Assembly (NCBI GenBank): GCA_951406725.2
Contig: OX597822.1
Span: 85,560,001-85,624,000 of the forward strand
DNA length: 64,000 nt
Direction: 5' to 3'
Origin: Octopus vulgaris
Taxonomy: Eukaryota
The notes beneath the pieces are model-generated. The model was not told the origin of the DNA and ran no database searches. It saw only the letters and a program-made list of their open reading frames with translations. Positions 28,885 through 42,278 of the stretch are shown one piece after another; positions within the stretch are counted from its first letter, which is position 1, and every line of letters begins with the position of its first letter. The translations under genes were made by a program, and so were the position numbers.

Positions 28885-28887
<3 letters not shown>

Positions 28888-29155
28888 CGCAATGGCCCAG
28901 TGGCTAGGGCAGCGGACTCGCGGTCGTAGGATCGCGGGTTCGATTCCCAGACCGGGCGTTGGGAGTGTTTATTGAGGGAAAACACATTAAAAAGCTCTAC
29001 GAGGTGATGGAGTGGTGATCCCTGCTGTACTCTTTCACCACTCTTTCTTTCACTCTTTCACCAGCGGGGTGGCGTCATTCGAAGGCTAAAACAATGCGAA
29101 CGCATTGTGACCAGCGATGTGTAACAACATCTGATGGTCTGGTCGGTCACGTGAT
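28885..29155 (+). mobile_element. SINE family C head with alternative tail
   Basis: Same head as the 55950 copy, but tail GGCGTCATTCGAAGGCTAAAACAATGCG...GGTCGGTCACGTGAT. A 5'-truncated copy lies at 54668-54885; tail-only copies at 48657-48768 (-) and ~8125-8190 (-). Confidence 0.85.
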
Positions 29156-29160
29156 GATGA

Positions 29161-29197
<37 letters not shown>

Positions 29198-29288
29198 AAA
29201 GCGATGGTACATTTAATATACCATCACTAGTGGCAAGTGAATACCAACCGTACAGGCAAATTAATAAGATATTTACATACAAGATATG

Positions 29289-29340
<52 letters not shown>

Positions 29341-29358
29341 TACAATATGAGATATGTA

Positions 29359-29404
<46 letters not shown>

Positions 29405-29408
<4 letters not shown>

Positions 29409-29610
29409 TAATCCAAACAAGAAAGCACAAAAACACAACAACGCGAAGACGTGGAACAAATATAGTATTATTGGACGCTCAGGAAAGAAGGAAAGAAGGA
29501 GGGTTCAACGTTTCGATTTGAGCTCTTCGTCGGAAACATAGAAGAAGGAAAGATCCAGAGAAATGAAGACAGAGGTGAAAAAATCGCCAACGGTACACAC
29601 GTGGTCACAT
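29405..29610 (-). mobile_element. Solo PLE 3' end (family H1) with hammerhead motif at 29504-29536
   Basis: Minus strand TTT-CCGACGA-A-GAG-ctcaaa-TC-GAAA-CG-TT-GAA; (TA)n on both sides. A shorter sister copy lacking the ribozyme lies at 28665-28765. Confidence 0.7.
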
Positions 29611-29619
29611 ATATATATA

Positions 29620-29662
<43 letters not shown>

Positions 29663-29796
29663 GTATTCACGCCTATCTATCTGTCTTTATGTATATACAT
29701 ATATGCATATATATACGTGTGTGTGTGTGTGTAAGTGTGTGTGTGTATGTATATATATATATATATGCACACATGCAAACAGACAGACAGACAAAG

Positions 29797-29875
<79 letters not shown>

Positions 29876-29891
29876 TATACATATATATGCA

Positions 29892-29923
<32 letters not shown>

Positions 29924-30252
29924 CTTATATATGTCAATGTTAACTCATAGCATTCTTTACTATCACCTGTAACAGGTCGCAACTGTACAGACTAACAACC
30001 ATAACAGCTGCTGTCAGAAATGTGGGTGGGGAGGGCTGTTATACAACAAATCAACGCTTTTCCTTCGCATACATGCATGCATGCATGTATGTATGTATGT
30101 AAGTATGTATGTATGTATGTATTGTTTTGTCCGGCTAGTTTCCAATATTTCTCAATTATTTCAATTTCTTTCATATCGATTCAACTCTCATAGCGAATTA
30201 CAAAATCTCTGATCTGTCACTGTTTGTCCTCTTTTGTCCTGGTTTCAACAGT

Positions 30253-30500
30253 ATAGGGTAGTCCCATAAAGTCCTGTGCTTTTAATACGATTCCACTGTC
30301 TTACTCGATGCAATGTGTGTCCAACAAGTGTTCTGCAGACGTAAGGTTGTGTTAAAGTCCTCAGTCAGTTTTGCATTGTGGGATTCAGGTTGTTTCTGCT
30401 GATGGTTCAGCAACCACGGACCCCACCAAAAATATTGGAATATTGCCACGTTTCATGTAGCATTTCGTTCTTATAATTAAGTTTGCAAGATAGTCACAAG
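30253..30500. mobile_element. Tc1/mariner-like end remnant
   Basis: TA-TAGGGTAGTCCCATAAAGTC resembles a Tc1-type TIR. A similar low-confidence remnant ends near 33650. Confidence 0.3.
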
Positions 30501-31249
30501 CACTTCTAAAATTGCATTATTTACATTGTTTACACTATTTACATTCAACGGATATTTGTACTCATCTTGTTTGTTGTCAACAACAAAAAAGATGAGGACA
30601 AATATCCGTCGAATGTAAATAGTGTAAATAATCTAAATAATGTACATAATTCCTCATCTCTTAGATATAGAAACTGTATCTTTTAAAATTATTTGGCTTT
30701 TCAGTTCAGCTTTTTTTTTCTTTCGTATAAATGTATTTGGGAGTCGCTCGTTTTGTCTTCTTTTTTTCTACCTAGTATATATTACACAATCAGTAGACAC
30801 GAACGGGAAGGGCTTACCACGTGTTTGATAATTGTTCTGGAAGGGGAGACAGAGCTGCACCAACATTCGGTCGGTGCTCATTTTCAGCTAAGTAAACCTG
30901 CGGAAGGTGAAATGAAGTGCCTTGCTCAAAGAGATAACGCGCACTCCGATCCAGGAATTGAACCCACGAAGTTATGATCGTGACTCAAACAAGAATGCAC
31001 TTTTACATTCTTATAAATGCTTCAAAGATATATTTCCGTTCTCCAATCATATTGCAATAATTTGTCAGTTTCGATCTTTTAAAACTCATTTAAAAGATAA
31101 AACTCATTGAATACACAGAAGAAGTAGAAACGAAAGCAACCACGGGCAAGTGACACCTTAGGCAAGTATTTTCTTCTAAAGCCTTGGGCCGACCAAAGCC
31201 TTTTGAGTGAATTTGACGGAAACTGAAAGAGGCCCATAGTATAAATGTG

Positions 31250-31293
<44 letters not shown>

Positions 31294-31656
31294 TTGACAA
31301 CCAGTTTTGCTGTGTTTACGTCTCCGTAAAATTAGCAGTTCGGCAAAAGAACTGCACCTATAATTCGCAGTGGAGGGAAATTGGGTACCATGTACCACGT
31401 TTTCGCTTATTTTTGGAACAAAAACACAGAAAAATTACCCATCTCCACCCCACTTCTGACCCTGACTCAGAGAAACATCCAGAGAGACAGACAAACAGAC
31501 AGACAGATTGTCCGTGACACAGTTATAGTGGAACTGTGTCAAGGACCAAGTGGGGTATACGCGACGAAAATTTTGTGCATATTTTAAAAGGATAAAATGG
31601 CTGCCACACGATCAATCTTATATGTATATACATACACACACACACATGCACACACT

Positions 31657-31692
<36 letters not shown>

Positions 31693-32083
31693 CGCATGTG
31701 TGTGTCTATACGTGTGTGGATATGTATATGTACGTATGTGTCTATGAATATAACATACATACATACATACATGCATATGGGTTCTTATATAGCAACACTT
31801 TGGTGTGAGACCCAGTCCATCTGGAACTGTTGGCTCAATGAATATCTGTACAGTTTAGTGCTTAGGTTGATAATGTTTGTGCATATGTGTGTGTGTGTGT
31901 GTGTCTGTGTGTGCGTGTGTGTGTGTGTGTTTGTATGTGTGAGTGAGTGTGTAAGTGATTTTTTTCATTGATTCGTATTATCTATGTTAATATAACTTGT
32001 TCTCCCATCGCGCGCACTTATATGCGCGCATGCTCTCAAGCACTCATTCACACACACACACACACACACACAAACACATACCA

Positions 32084-32151
<68 letters not shown>

Positions 32152-32337
32152 GTGAAACAGATAATTCAATACGTTTCCGTGTGTCTGTGAGTTTGTTAAT
32201 ATGTATGTGTGTGGGTGAGCGCGAAACCGATTAGATAAATACACACACACACACACACACACATACATACATATACACATATACAAATATACATAAATAT
32301 ACACACACACACATGCATATATATATGCACACACTCT

Positions 32338-32715
32338 CTCTTTTACTCTTTTACTTGTTTCAGTCTTTTGACTGCGGCCATGCTGGAGCACCGCCTTTAA
32401 TCCGAGCAACTCGACCCCGGGACTTATTCTTTCGTAAGCCCAGTACTTACTCTATCGGTCTCTTTTGCCGAACCGCTAAGTAACGGGGACATAAACACAC
32501 CAGCATCGGTTGTCAAGCAATGCTAGGGGGACAAACACAGACACACAAACACACACACGCATATATATACATATATACGACGGGCTTCTTTCAGTTTCCG
32601 TCTACCAAATCCACTCACAAGGCTTTGGTCGGCCCGAAGCTATAGTAAAAGACACTTGCCCAAGGTACCACATGGTTGGTAAACAAGCTACTTACCACAC
32701 AGCCACTCCTGCGCC
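32338..32715 (-). mobile_element. SINE family B
   Basis: Reverse complement of 37694-38099 with a small deletion in the head. Confidence 0.85.
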
Positions 32716-33911
32716 ATACGTGCACATATTGTACAAACAATGCCATAAAGACTATGTATATAATATAAATAGCAAATTCAATTTTCGGAGAAAGATAAAG
32801 AAAGATATTTTTACAATATTATTTATATTTAGCGATAAGTATGTAAGTTCTAAAAACATTGTACGCTTGTGGTTATATAAGGTATATCTAAATAGTTTAT
32901 ATAACCAAATCTATTAGGGGAATAGATACGGTTTTTACTGGTTAATATGCAGTTTACTGTAGCAAAAAAAGAGAAAGTAAATTGTTCTAAAAAAGTGAAA
33001 GTAAATTGAGATATTAACTGTAAGTTACGACAGAGACATATCAAAATTTCACAAAAAGAACAAAGAGATCCTTCATTATACCACGTTATTTGGTACCTAC
33101 TTGTATGGTACGTTCTAGTGATGTGTGAAGTATTTCAGAAATAGCAACTGAGGTACACAGTTCCAACGTATTTAAACCCAGCAACGAACAGCACCACTGA
33201 GAAAGCAATTCAGTGATTTTCGTGCTGAGGCATGATAGCCAATCCAGTTAGATGTGAGCAATGTAATAATTCTGCACGATTAATGATTTGTAGAGAGAGA
33301 GAACCAACGGGAAGCGGTGGCGTTGCTCCTGTGAATTCACTAGGACTCTACATGCCAGTTCCTTTCTCGAGAAGAGCCATTTGATTCGATCAATAATAAT
33401 TCAACTAATCTGCATGCGTGTAAAACGTCACTTCCGGTTTCTGTTGCAGTTCACTGTCATTTTTTAGGACAATTTACTTTCACATTTTTACGACGGTAAA
33501 CTGCTTGTTAACCATGTTACGAACTTCAACATTGCTAATCATGATGTCACCTCATTATCACATATTACGCATTATTAAACTGAATCTCTCGTCATTAGAA
33601 ACAAATTATTTTTAGAAAAATATTCATTTTATCTGGGGACTCACTCGTAAATACAGTGAAGAGGGCTGTATATAAACACCCTTTTTTTAAACTACAAAAC
33701 CAATATTATATTGTTATACATTTTGTTAATCCATCTGAATATAATCAATTCAATCGCACAGGCGTCTGATAAATGGTAAAGGATTCTTTGAGCTTGAAAT
33801 TTTACTCGCCCAATATGGTGCCGTGTTCTCCAGTTACTTAGATTTGGGCGGGGTTGTAATATCCTTCCAGTCATTACTTTTTATGTTGAGGCATTTTAAA
33901 TTAACCCTAAA

Positions 33912-33989
<78 letters not shown>

Positions 33990-34160
33990 GAATGCACTAA
34001 AGCATCACACAAGAGATATAGTCTTTCCTCATTAGTTATCGTCCAAAAATCATAACAGTTTCGCGCCTTTAACGATAAGATTGTTCATTTTGGTGGCGTC
34101 AACAAAAAGCTGCTGGGGATAAATGAGCGAACGTAGAAGACAAAAGGTTCACTTAAAAAT

Positions 34161-34207
<47 letters not shown>

Positions 34208-34208
<1 letters not shown>

Positions 34209-34435
34209 ACAACCTCGAACCCACAAGTGTAAACAAGAGAGACAGAGAAAGGCAGAAACAAGGAAAATGCCACTTATATTTGAACACTATACAAATATTT
34301 TTTTAAGAAAACTTTTCTTTTAATTTTTCTAAATTTAATTATTTAATTGTTACAGTTGAAAAGGTCTCAAAATGACTGAAACCGGTACCGAAATGTTCTT
34401 TATAAAATTATTTTAGCATTTTCTATCTTGACTTG

Positions 34436-34440
<5 letters not shown>
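34208..34440 (+). mobile_element. Short (TA)n-flanked element with hammerhead-like motif (family H5, 34353-34390)
   Basis: CAG-TTGAAAA-GGTC-tcaaaat-GACT-GAAA-CCGG-TA; sister copy on the minus strand at ~6305-6510. Confidence 0.6.
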
Positions 34441-34467
<27 letters not shown>

Positions 34468-34604
34468 TTGCGTGTATATGTACAAGATACCTCATTTTAA
34501 CATACTTCCACGTGTAATGTTAAAAGATGGAAAATTTGACGGGAAATTGCCTCTTTTTTCTGTCAGATGAAGCCGCAATTTTGCTGACAATTCATTATTA
34601 TTCT

Positions 34605-34637
<33 letters not shown>

Positions 34638-34655
34638 TGCTGCTGTTGCTGTTGC

Positions 34656-34689
<34 letters not shown>

Positions 34690-34705
34690 GCTGCTGCTGC
34701 TGCTA
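34605..34705. repeat. (CTG)n trinucleotide repeat
   Basis: Seen directly. Confidence 0.95.
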
Positions 34706-35489
34706 TAGTTGCTGTTGTATTTGCTATTGTTGTTATGCTGTCAGTCACGATCGAGCAAACCTATGGTTAAACTCCTTCTGGCCATGACCATCCCGTGTAT
34801 CTTATATTAGAGGGTATGTTACACTGGCTCACACACACACACACACACACACACAATCACATATACATATGCTACGTCTACCAAACCTAATAGATTTATG
34901 ATGCGACAGGCGAGAGTTAATAACATTGGCATTCATTTGCCTATTTAGCCATCAATTTAATTCTTGTGCTTTTCAGTTATAAAACCAGAAGAAATTAGTT
35001 TCTGTGTTTACAACATCATTTTGTTTAAATAATATCTATTGAATATTGTTGAGTGTTTTTACTATTATTTCTTGCTGTGTTAGACAGCTGCAGCTTATCA
35101 TAGCTTTTGGAAGTGGTTGAGATGAACGAGGTTTCAAGTCTTAACGATGCCCGTATCGTGAAAGATGTTTGTGTTTTGAAATAATAAAAGGAGTTGGGCT
35201 TTCGGAAACGAGTCGAAAAGGAGAAAAAAAAACAACAAAACTGCAGCTGTACATTAAACTAGTATACTCCATTAATATGGGATGAGCGGAAATCTTTAGA
35301 AGATGTGTGTGAGAGAGATAGAGAGAGACAGACAGACAGACAAAGGCAGAGACAGGGACAGAATGAGAAAGAGGAGAGAGACAGACAGACAGACAAAGGC
35401 AGAAAGATAAAGAAAAGAAAGGAGAAAAAAGAAAGCATAACACTAGTTTTCTTTAATCATGATATATACGAAACTAACAAGGTTAGTGT

Positions 35490-35612
35490 TGGTGGTTGTG
35501 TTGGTGTTGGTGGTGGTGGTGGTGGTGGTGGTGGTGGCGGCGATGGTGGTGGTGGTGGTGGTGGTGGTGGTGGTGGTGGCGGCGGCGGCGGCGGCGGCGG
35601 TGGTGGTGGTGC
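35490..35612. repeat. (GGT/GGC)n trinucleotide repeat
   Basis: Seen directly. Confidence 0.95.
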
Positions 35613-36449
35613 TGTTGTGTTTCTCCAGGGTAGCTCTAGTTGAACTGACCAGGGTCTACACAGCAACGGTAAATGGCTTTCCAGCTAGGCCCATCCAGTT
35701 TATTATTTCTCCGATCTACATTGTTTAATACAATTTTTGTACTTCTTTAAAAATAGTTTTCATGTGTTTTGTGACAGATTTGACTGCTATTTCCAGCCTG
35801 CCATGGAACCGTGAAGAAGTTCCCAGATACTTTGCAAGCGATAAGTATAAGGAATATGTGATGGTGAAAAGGAAAAGTCGAATAATTTTCACATCATACA
35901 CCAGAGAAGGTTCGATGTATATTGTAGAGATCGATATAATTGATTATATCGATCCCGGGGCACATGAGCTTATGAGACGTGTCTCAGATTTGGTAGGATC
36001 TGTAGTGGTTATATATAGTCAGTACCGGGTGTTGATGTGGCTGCGTGTATTTTATTACAAGAGTTCTTACAGAGATGAAGAATAAATTCAAGATCTATAT
36101 ATTTACTACATAAAAATATATTTTGTTTACTGGTCGATGATGATACATAGAATCAAAATGTAGAATCTAGTTGAATGAAGTAATCTATGCAAGAAAGTTC
36201 AGAGATAGGAAATATAGAAATAACAGCTAAGTGGTAGTTTTCAGTCATGTGGCATAGAGAAATAGATGGACATAGCAATGACGTGAATGGCTCTAAGTCT
36301 AATCAACTAAGAAGCTAAGAGCAGGGTTAGCAAGCTGTTTTTATTAATGGATCGCTACACATTCTAGAAACTTCCAAGAGAAACGTTAAGCTTCTTGAAT
36401 AATTAAGAATCACGTCTCATGACACTGATGCTTCGAGAAACTTAGAAAG

Positions 36450-36960
36450 GGAGGTTACTCTATAATCTTTCTTGCAAGAGAGATCATTCAACTATGTAGC
36501 TACCGCTACAGCTCTTTCTTGAAAGAAGAGCTGCAAAGCCCTATTTTCGCCTAACTTCGGTTTCCTTCCGCACTATTTGGTCATTCTGAAGCTTGATGTA
36601 TTCAGATCCTCATCAAATTCTGCTATTTCTTCAGAAAAAGAAAAGAAAATCAAAAGATATACGTCCCTTAACCGCTTTGGTATTGCGTATCTGATACACA
36701 TTTTGTATGTTTTTATTCAGTTCTAAAATAATCGTACTTATAAGACTAGTCATAACGAAGAGTCATGTCTTCTGTTGGGTGTTTCCTCTCAATTCTATTG
36801 CAACGTATTTCCCTAAGACCTACACACCATTAATTCTGTCCCCTCTGGCTCCCTTCAATACTTTAATGATCTAACTGTTCCTCCCAACCAAACACACCCC
36901 TATATAATTCTCGTCACCCATCACTACTCCAAATATTCTGTTCCCGAACGTCAGCAATTT
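36450..36960 (+). mobile_element. Very degraded LINE (CR1/L2/Jockey group) 3' portion
   Basis: Weak resemblance to LINE ORF2 C-terminal sequence; no intact motif. Confidence 0.3.
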
Positions 36961-37231
36961 GCAGCCGACTGATATCACACAAGAAATGTATTGCTGCCAT
37001 AACCATCCTTCACGACAACCTTATTTCTTCCGACTGTAGCACGACACAATCGCTAATCCGGCATTATACTCAACCTCATATATCACACAACTAAATCCAC
37101 AACGAAAGCTCCACCCTACAATCACTGACAGCCAGTTGCCAGGAAGCGTTGTTAAACACATTGCACGATCGTTGCTCTGACTTGAGATCGAGCCAAAGTC
37201 AACTTTATCTTTAATAATTTCCTCGTCATCC

Positions 37232-37267
<36 letters not shown>

Positions 37268-37602
37268 CTACCACTACCACTACCCCCACCACTATCACCA
37301 GCCCCTGGGCATTGCTACATTGATATTACTATGTCTCATAATTTCGGTTTACCGGTTTCCATGATATAAGGGATCACGATCGTGACATCCTCCTTAAACG
37401 GGAGGACAATCCGTCGCTAGGTTTAGCCATTTACAGCCGAATGGACTGGACCAACATGAAATGAAGTTTTTTGATCAAAGACACAACACACCGCTCAATC
37501 CGGGAGCCAAAACCATGATCTTGCAACCACGAGGGCAACACCAAAGCTATTAAGCCATGCGCCTTCACAAACACACACACACACACACGAATGTACGTAC
37601 GC

Positions 37603-37687
<85 letters not shown>

Positions 37688-37693
37688 TATATA

Positions 37694-38099
37694 CAGGAGT
37701 GGCTGTGTGGTAAGTAGCTTGCTAACCAACCACATGGTTCCGGGTTCAGTCCCACTGCGTGGCATCTTGGGCAAGTGTCTTCTGCTATAGCCCCGGGCCG
37801 ACCAATGCCTTGTGAGTGGATTTGGTAGACGGAAACTGAAAGAAGCATGTCGTATATATGTATATATATATAAGTGTGTGTGTGTATGTTTGTGTGTCTG
37901 TGTTTGTCCCCCTAGCATTGCTTGACAACCGATGCTGGTGTGTTTACGTCCTCGTCACTTAGCGGTTCGGCAAAAGAGACCGATAGAATAAGTACTGGGC
38001 TTACAAAGAATAAGTCCCGGGGTCGATTTGCTCGACTAAAGGCGGTGCTCCAGCATGGCCGCAGTGAAATGACTGAAACAAGTAAAAGAGAGAAAGAGT
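37694..38099 (+). mobile_element. tRNA-derived CORE-like SINE family B with internal microsatellite
   Basis: GTGGCTGTGTGGTAAG A-box, GGTTCAGTCCC B-box, CTTGGGCAAGTGTCTT core, internal (TA/TG)n, tail ...GACTGAAACAAGTAAAAGAG. Confidence 0.88.
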
Positions 38100-38130
38100 A
38101 TACATACATACATATACATACATACATACA

Positions 38131-38227
<97 letters not shown>

Positions 38228-38242
38228 ATATATATATATATG

Positions 38243-38294
<52 letters not shown>

Positions 38295-38343
38295 TATATA
38301 CATACATGCGTACGTACATTCGTGTGTGTGAGTGTGTATAATA

Positions 38344-38585
38344 AATGCGCCCTTTTAAAGCTTAGCCAGGCTCATGGGCCCGGTTTCCCAGTTTCAATGG
38401 CGTATGTGTACCCCAGCTGGACGGGACGCCAGTCCATCGCAGCATTACTTATTTTTGCCAGCTGAGTGGACTGTAGTTAACCTGAAATGAAGTGTTTTGC
38501 TCAAGAACACAACGCATCTACCGGTCCAGGAATCGAAACCACAATCTTACGATCATGATGCTGACACTCTAACCACTAAGCCATG
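38344..38585 (-). mobile_element. tRNA-derived SINE family D
   Basis: Head TGGCTTAGTGGTTAG..GGTTTCGATTCC, core GTTCTTGAGCAAAACACTTCATTTC. Relatives at 4860-4985 (+), 30855-30985 (-), 37345-37566 (-) and 57503-57797 (-). Confidence 0.8.
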
Positions 38586-38909
38586 TACGTATATATGTGT
38601 GTATATAAGTCTGTATATGTGTATAAATATAAGAGTGTGTGTATGTGTGTGTGTATATATATACATGCACATATACACATTTTTAAATGAATGCATAAAC
38701 ACACTTATTTTGATTTATTATTAACCAAAGACCACCAACCTTGATTATCTTCATCCTTCGCTTCTCTCCACTCATGCGCACTAACACAAAATGCAAACGA
38801 GTACACACACCAAACACACATACGCACACGCACACGAATACTACATACGCCACATACACACATAATAAATACATTGCCCAAATTAGCGCCAACGCGCCAA
38901 AAATATTAT

Positions 38910-39377
38910 CAATAATTAATAATATCAGGGTAAGAAAAAAATTTAGAACATATTACTACCAGTGGCCTAGCGTGTAGAAAAATTAGTCAATAGACTATAT
39001 ATTCTTCATATAAATACAGTGTACATCTGAATTTTTGGCAAATTTTCGAAGTAACGCCGGCATTATTTTATTTGTTGCCGACAAAAAACTGTGCTTGCGC
39101 GGTGGATTTGAAAAATTATAATATATAAGCACGGGGCTCATGTTGGATTGCCTCGTATTTATATGCTTAATATAGGCGTACCTGTAGATGAAAATGACGC
39201 CTAGCAAATTATATTATTTGCTAATATAAAGTAAGAAACCATGGTCCAGGATATAGATGGTAAATGTTTTTATTTTTCATTCCCTTCGAAATTTATCCCA
39301 AATAGTAGTTTGGATTTTGGCTATTCCTTCTAGCGTGCCAGGTATCCTATGATGGATACCTCGTATGTGTTTAAATG

Positions 39378-39380
<3 letters not shown>
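38910..39380. mobile_element. Diverged family H4 cassette with inverted 3' tip and decayed hammerhead at 39181-39250 (+)
   Basis: 38910-39028 is the reverse complement of sequence like 42840-42965, and 39250-39378 resembles 42711-42843. Motif CCTG-TAGATGA...GAAA-CCATGG-TC-CAGG. Confidence 0.62.
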
Positions 39381-39442
<62 letters not shown>

Positions 39443-39493
39443 CTGTATTAGTTAAATGCTGACTAAAACTGGATATAAATCACTATTCTCCAT

Positions 39494-39546
<53 letters not shown>

Positions 39547-39632
39547 CATACATACATACATACATACATGCATGCATACATACATACATACATACATACA
39601 TACATACATACATACATACATACATACATACA

Positions 39633-39664
<32 letters not shown>

Positions 39665-39842
39665 CGTTGCGTGTGCGTATGTGCGTTTCTTGACTAACTA
39701 ACCGTAAAATTTCTTTTGTGATTCAAATTTAAAACTATAAGCCAATCGAATTAATCTAGAATAATCAATATCAAGCGGACAGAATAATCAGACTCAGAGA
39801 TATGTAGATGTCTGATTGATGTACTTGGTACAGACATAATTG

Positions 39843-39904
<62 letters not shown>

Positions 39905-40238
39905 AGTAATTTTATTGACTTTTATAGGTTTATAATTTTATGAACTGAACTGTGTGTTTTTTTATTATTTTTTATGTATAGGTCTGATTTAAATTTAAAT
40001 GTGAGTGTGCATATATTTTCCTGTAGGTTAGTTTTTGGAACTAGTAGCCCAATATGTAGAATAACTGTGTTTGTTAATATATATTGATATATTTTGTTTT
40101 GTTTATTTTGTAATATTGTATTAATAAGTATATATATATGTGTAGTATTATGAGTGTCTATGCACACGTTTTTATATTTTATATTTTTATATTTATATGT
40201 ATAAAAAAAAAATTTTTCACACTTATAATAAATTAAAT

Positions 40239-40349
40239 TCTCTGAAGAGGCCGTGGGGCATCCTTGCTAATGTCTCATTTATACCTACCTTATATGGCTT
40301 ATAGGTTAAATGAGGCATGCTTGCCCTTACGGCCGAAACAGCTGTCAGA
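40239..40349 (+). ncRNA. Type I hammerhead ribozyme with long stem II (family H3) in a PLE-type remnant (~39900-40535)
   Basis: TCT-CTGAAGA-GGCCGTGGGGCA...ATGTCTCATTTA...TAAATGAGGCAT...TGCCCTTACGGCC-GAAA-CAGCTG-TC-AGA; fully canonical core, palindromic ACAGCTGT stem III. Confidence 0.85.
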
Positions 40350-40535
40350 TATAATATAATTATATATTATATTTTATATTTTATATTTCTATTTCCTTGT
40401 CTAATTATATTTACAATATATTTTGTATAATGCCTTTACTGTTTATGTAATGGTGTAATAAAGTATTGATTGGGTATCATCTGATGGTTGATGTTTGATT
40501 GATTTAAGTATGTTTCTCCATTTTCTAATTTTGTA

Positions 40536-40588
<53 letters not shown>

Positions 40589-40841
40589 TATATATACAAA
40601 ATAAGAAAATGGAGAAATACATCTAAATCAAATATCAATTACCAGATAATACTCAATCACATACTTTATTAAACCACCACATAAGAAACTGTAGGGTTAA
40701 ACATAAAAAAGTAGAACAAAACAGTGTACATAAAGGAGTGTACATAAAAAAGTGTACATAAAAGAGTAATGTTATACAATAAGTAGAATATATATAAGAG
40801 AATATAAATATAAGTAAATATAAATATAAATATAGATTACA

Positions 40842-40966
40842 TCTTACAGCTGTTTCGGCCATGTAGATAAGTATGTCTCATTTTACTTATATTAGCCTTT
40901 TATGGTAGGTCAATATGTAGTTATAAATGAGATATTTACAAAATATCATAAGGCCTCTTCGGAGAT
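40842..40966 (-). ncRNA. Type I hammerhead ribozyme, long stem II (family H3)
   Basis: Minus strand ATCT-CCGAAGA-GGCC...GGCC-GAAA-CAGCTG-TA-AGAT. Confidence 0.78.
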
Positions 40967-41751
40967 TATCTGATATAAATCAGTCTACATATATACCTAT
41001 ATGGGTGTGGGTACTTACCCATAATACAACATATACATATACATATGAATGCATATACTCACACTCCTATACATATAAATATATACATATACATAATGAT
41101 ATAAATAATATAAATTAGTAAACATACATATGTTCCACATTCAACGTTACAGTTTTTCAACTTAATATTGTGATAATAAACATACACATATTAATACCTA
41201 AATGCAGATATACAGTCAATAGTACATTATATTAATTCCTACTAATTTCTAAAGTGTCATTAAAGTTAGCATCATTATCATTGTCAATACCATTAATGCT
41301 ACCAATATCATCATTCATATTATTATTAATAACGCTAATACTAGAAAAACAATTTATAGATTCCATTATTAGCAATATAGTCACAATAGTACTACAATAC
41401 CATGCAAAGTGTTAAATATCCGCATATACATACGAAGTATGAAGTACAAGCATTCTGTTTACACTACATTAGGATCCATAGTTGCAGATATGTACGTCCG
41501 AGTTCAAGTTTGTAATTTTCCTTATGACATAAATACAACATTGGATTTGAATTTAAATTATCATTGTCTTCCTTACGGTTGGTCTGTCGAGAGCCGCCAG
41601 ACCTCCACCACATCGCACAAGAAAAACATACACATACACATCCAGCCCTGAACCCACACATCCACACAAAAACTCGCACACACATGCACACACACATGAA
41701 TACACCCCGACACATCCACACATATTCACTAAATTACAAAATATATGTCTG

Positions 41752-41878
41752 TCATCCGAAGAGGCCTTATGATATTTTTGTAAATGTCTCATTTATAACT
41801 ACATATTGACCTACCATAAAAGGCTAATATAAGTAAAATGAGACATACTTATCTACATGGCCGAAACAGCTGTAAGAT
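41752..41878 (+). ncRNA. Type I hammerhead ribozyme, long stem II (family H3; 5' strand of stem I truncated)
   Basis: CCGAAGA-GGCC...GGCC-GAAA-CAGCTG-TA-AGAT; the inverted arm begins right at the core. Confidence 0.7.
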
Positions 41879-42241
41879 GTAATCTATATTTATATTTATA
41901 TTTACTTATATTTATATTCTCTTATATATGTTCTACTTATTGTATAACGTTACTCTTTTATGTACACTTTTTTATGTACACTTTTTATGTACACTCCTTT
42001 ATGTACAGTTTTGTTCTACTTTTTTATGTTTAACCCTACAGTTTCTTATGTGGTGGTTTAATAAAGTATGTGATTGGGTATTATCTGGTAATTGATATTT
42101 GATTTAGATGTATTTCTCCATTTTCTTATTTTGCATTATGAATTTGTGGTAAAACATTTTACCTTGTTGGGTACTTCACTAGCAGTATATTGGATATATG
42201 TTATCCCATGGAGGGTTGCATTTACAACCCCTATCTCAATT

Positions 42242-42272
<31 letters not shown>

Positions 42273-42278
<6 letters not shown>

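Larger units (their letters stand above)
40597..42245. mobile_element. Non-coding PLE-type element with ~370-bp inverted pLTR-like arms, in (TA)n
   Basis: Arms 40597-40963 and 41755-42133 are near-identical reverse complements; a 3' extension runs to ~42245; (TA)n on both sides. Confidence 0.8.

Noticed and set aside
28885-28955. tRNA-like sequence (also at 56260-56334 and other SINE heads)
   Set aside because: It has A and B boxes but no complete cloverleaf, and it continues into SINE bodies with TSDs.
34605-35612. polyAla/polyCys/polyGly/polyPro ORFs
   Set aside because: Trinucleotide microsatellites without flanking coding signal.
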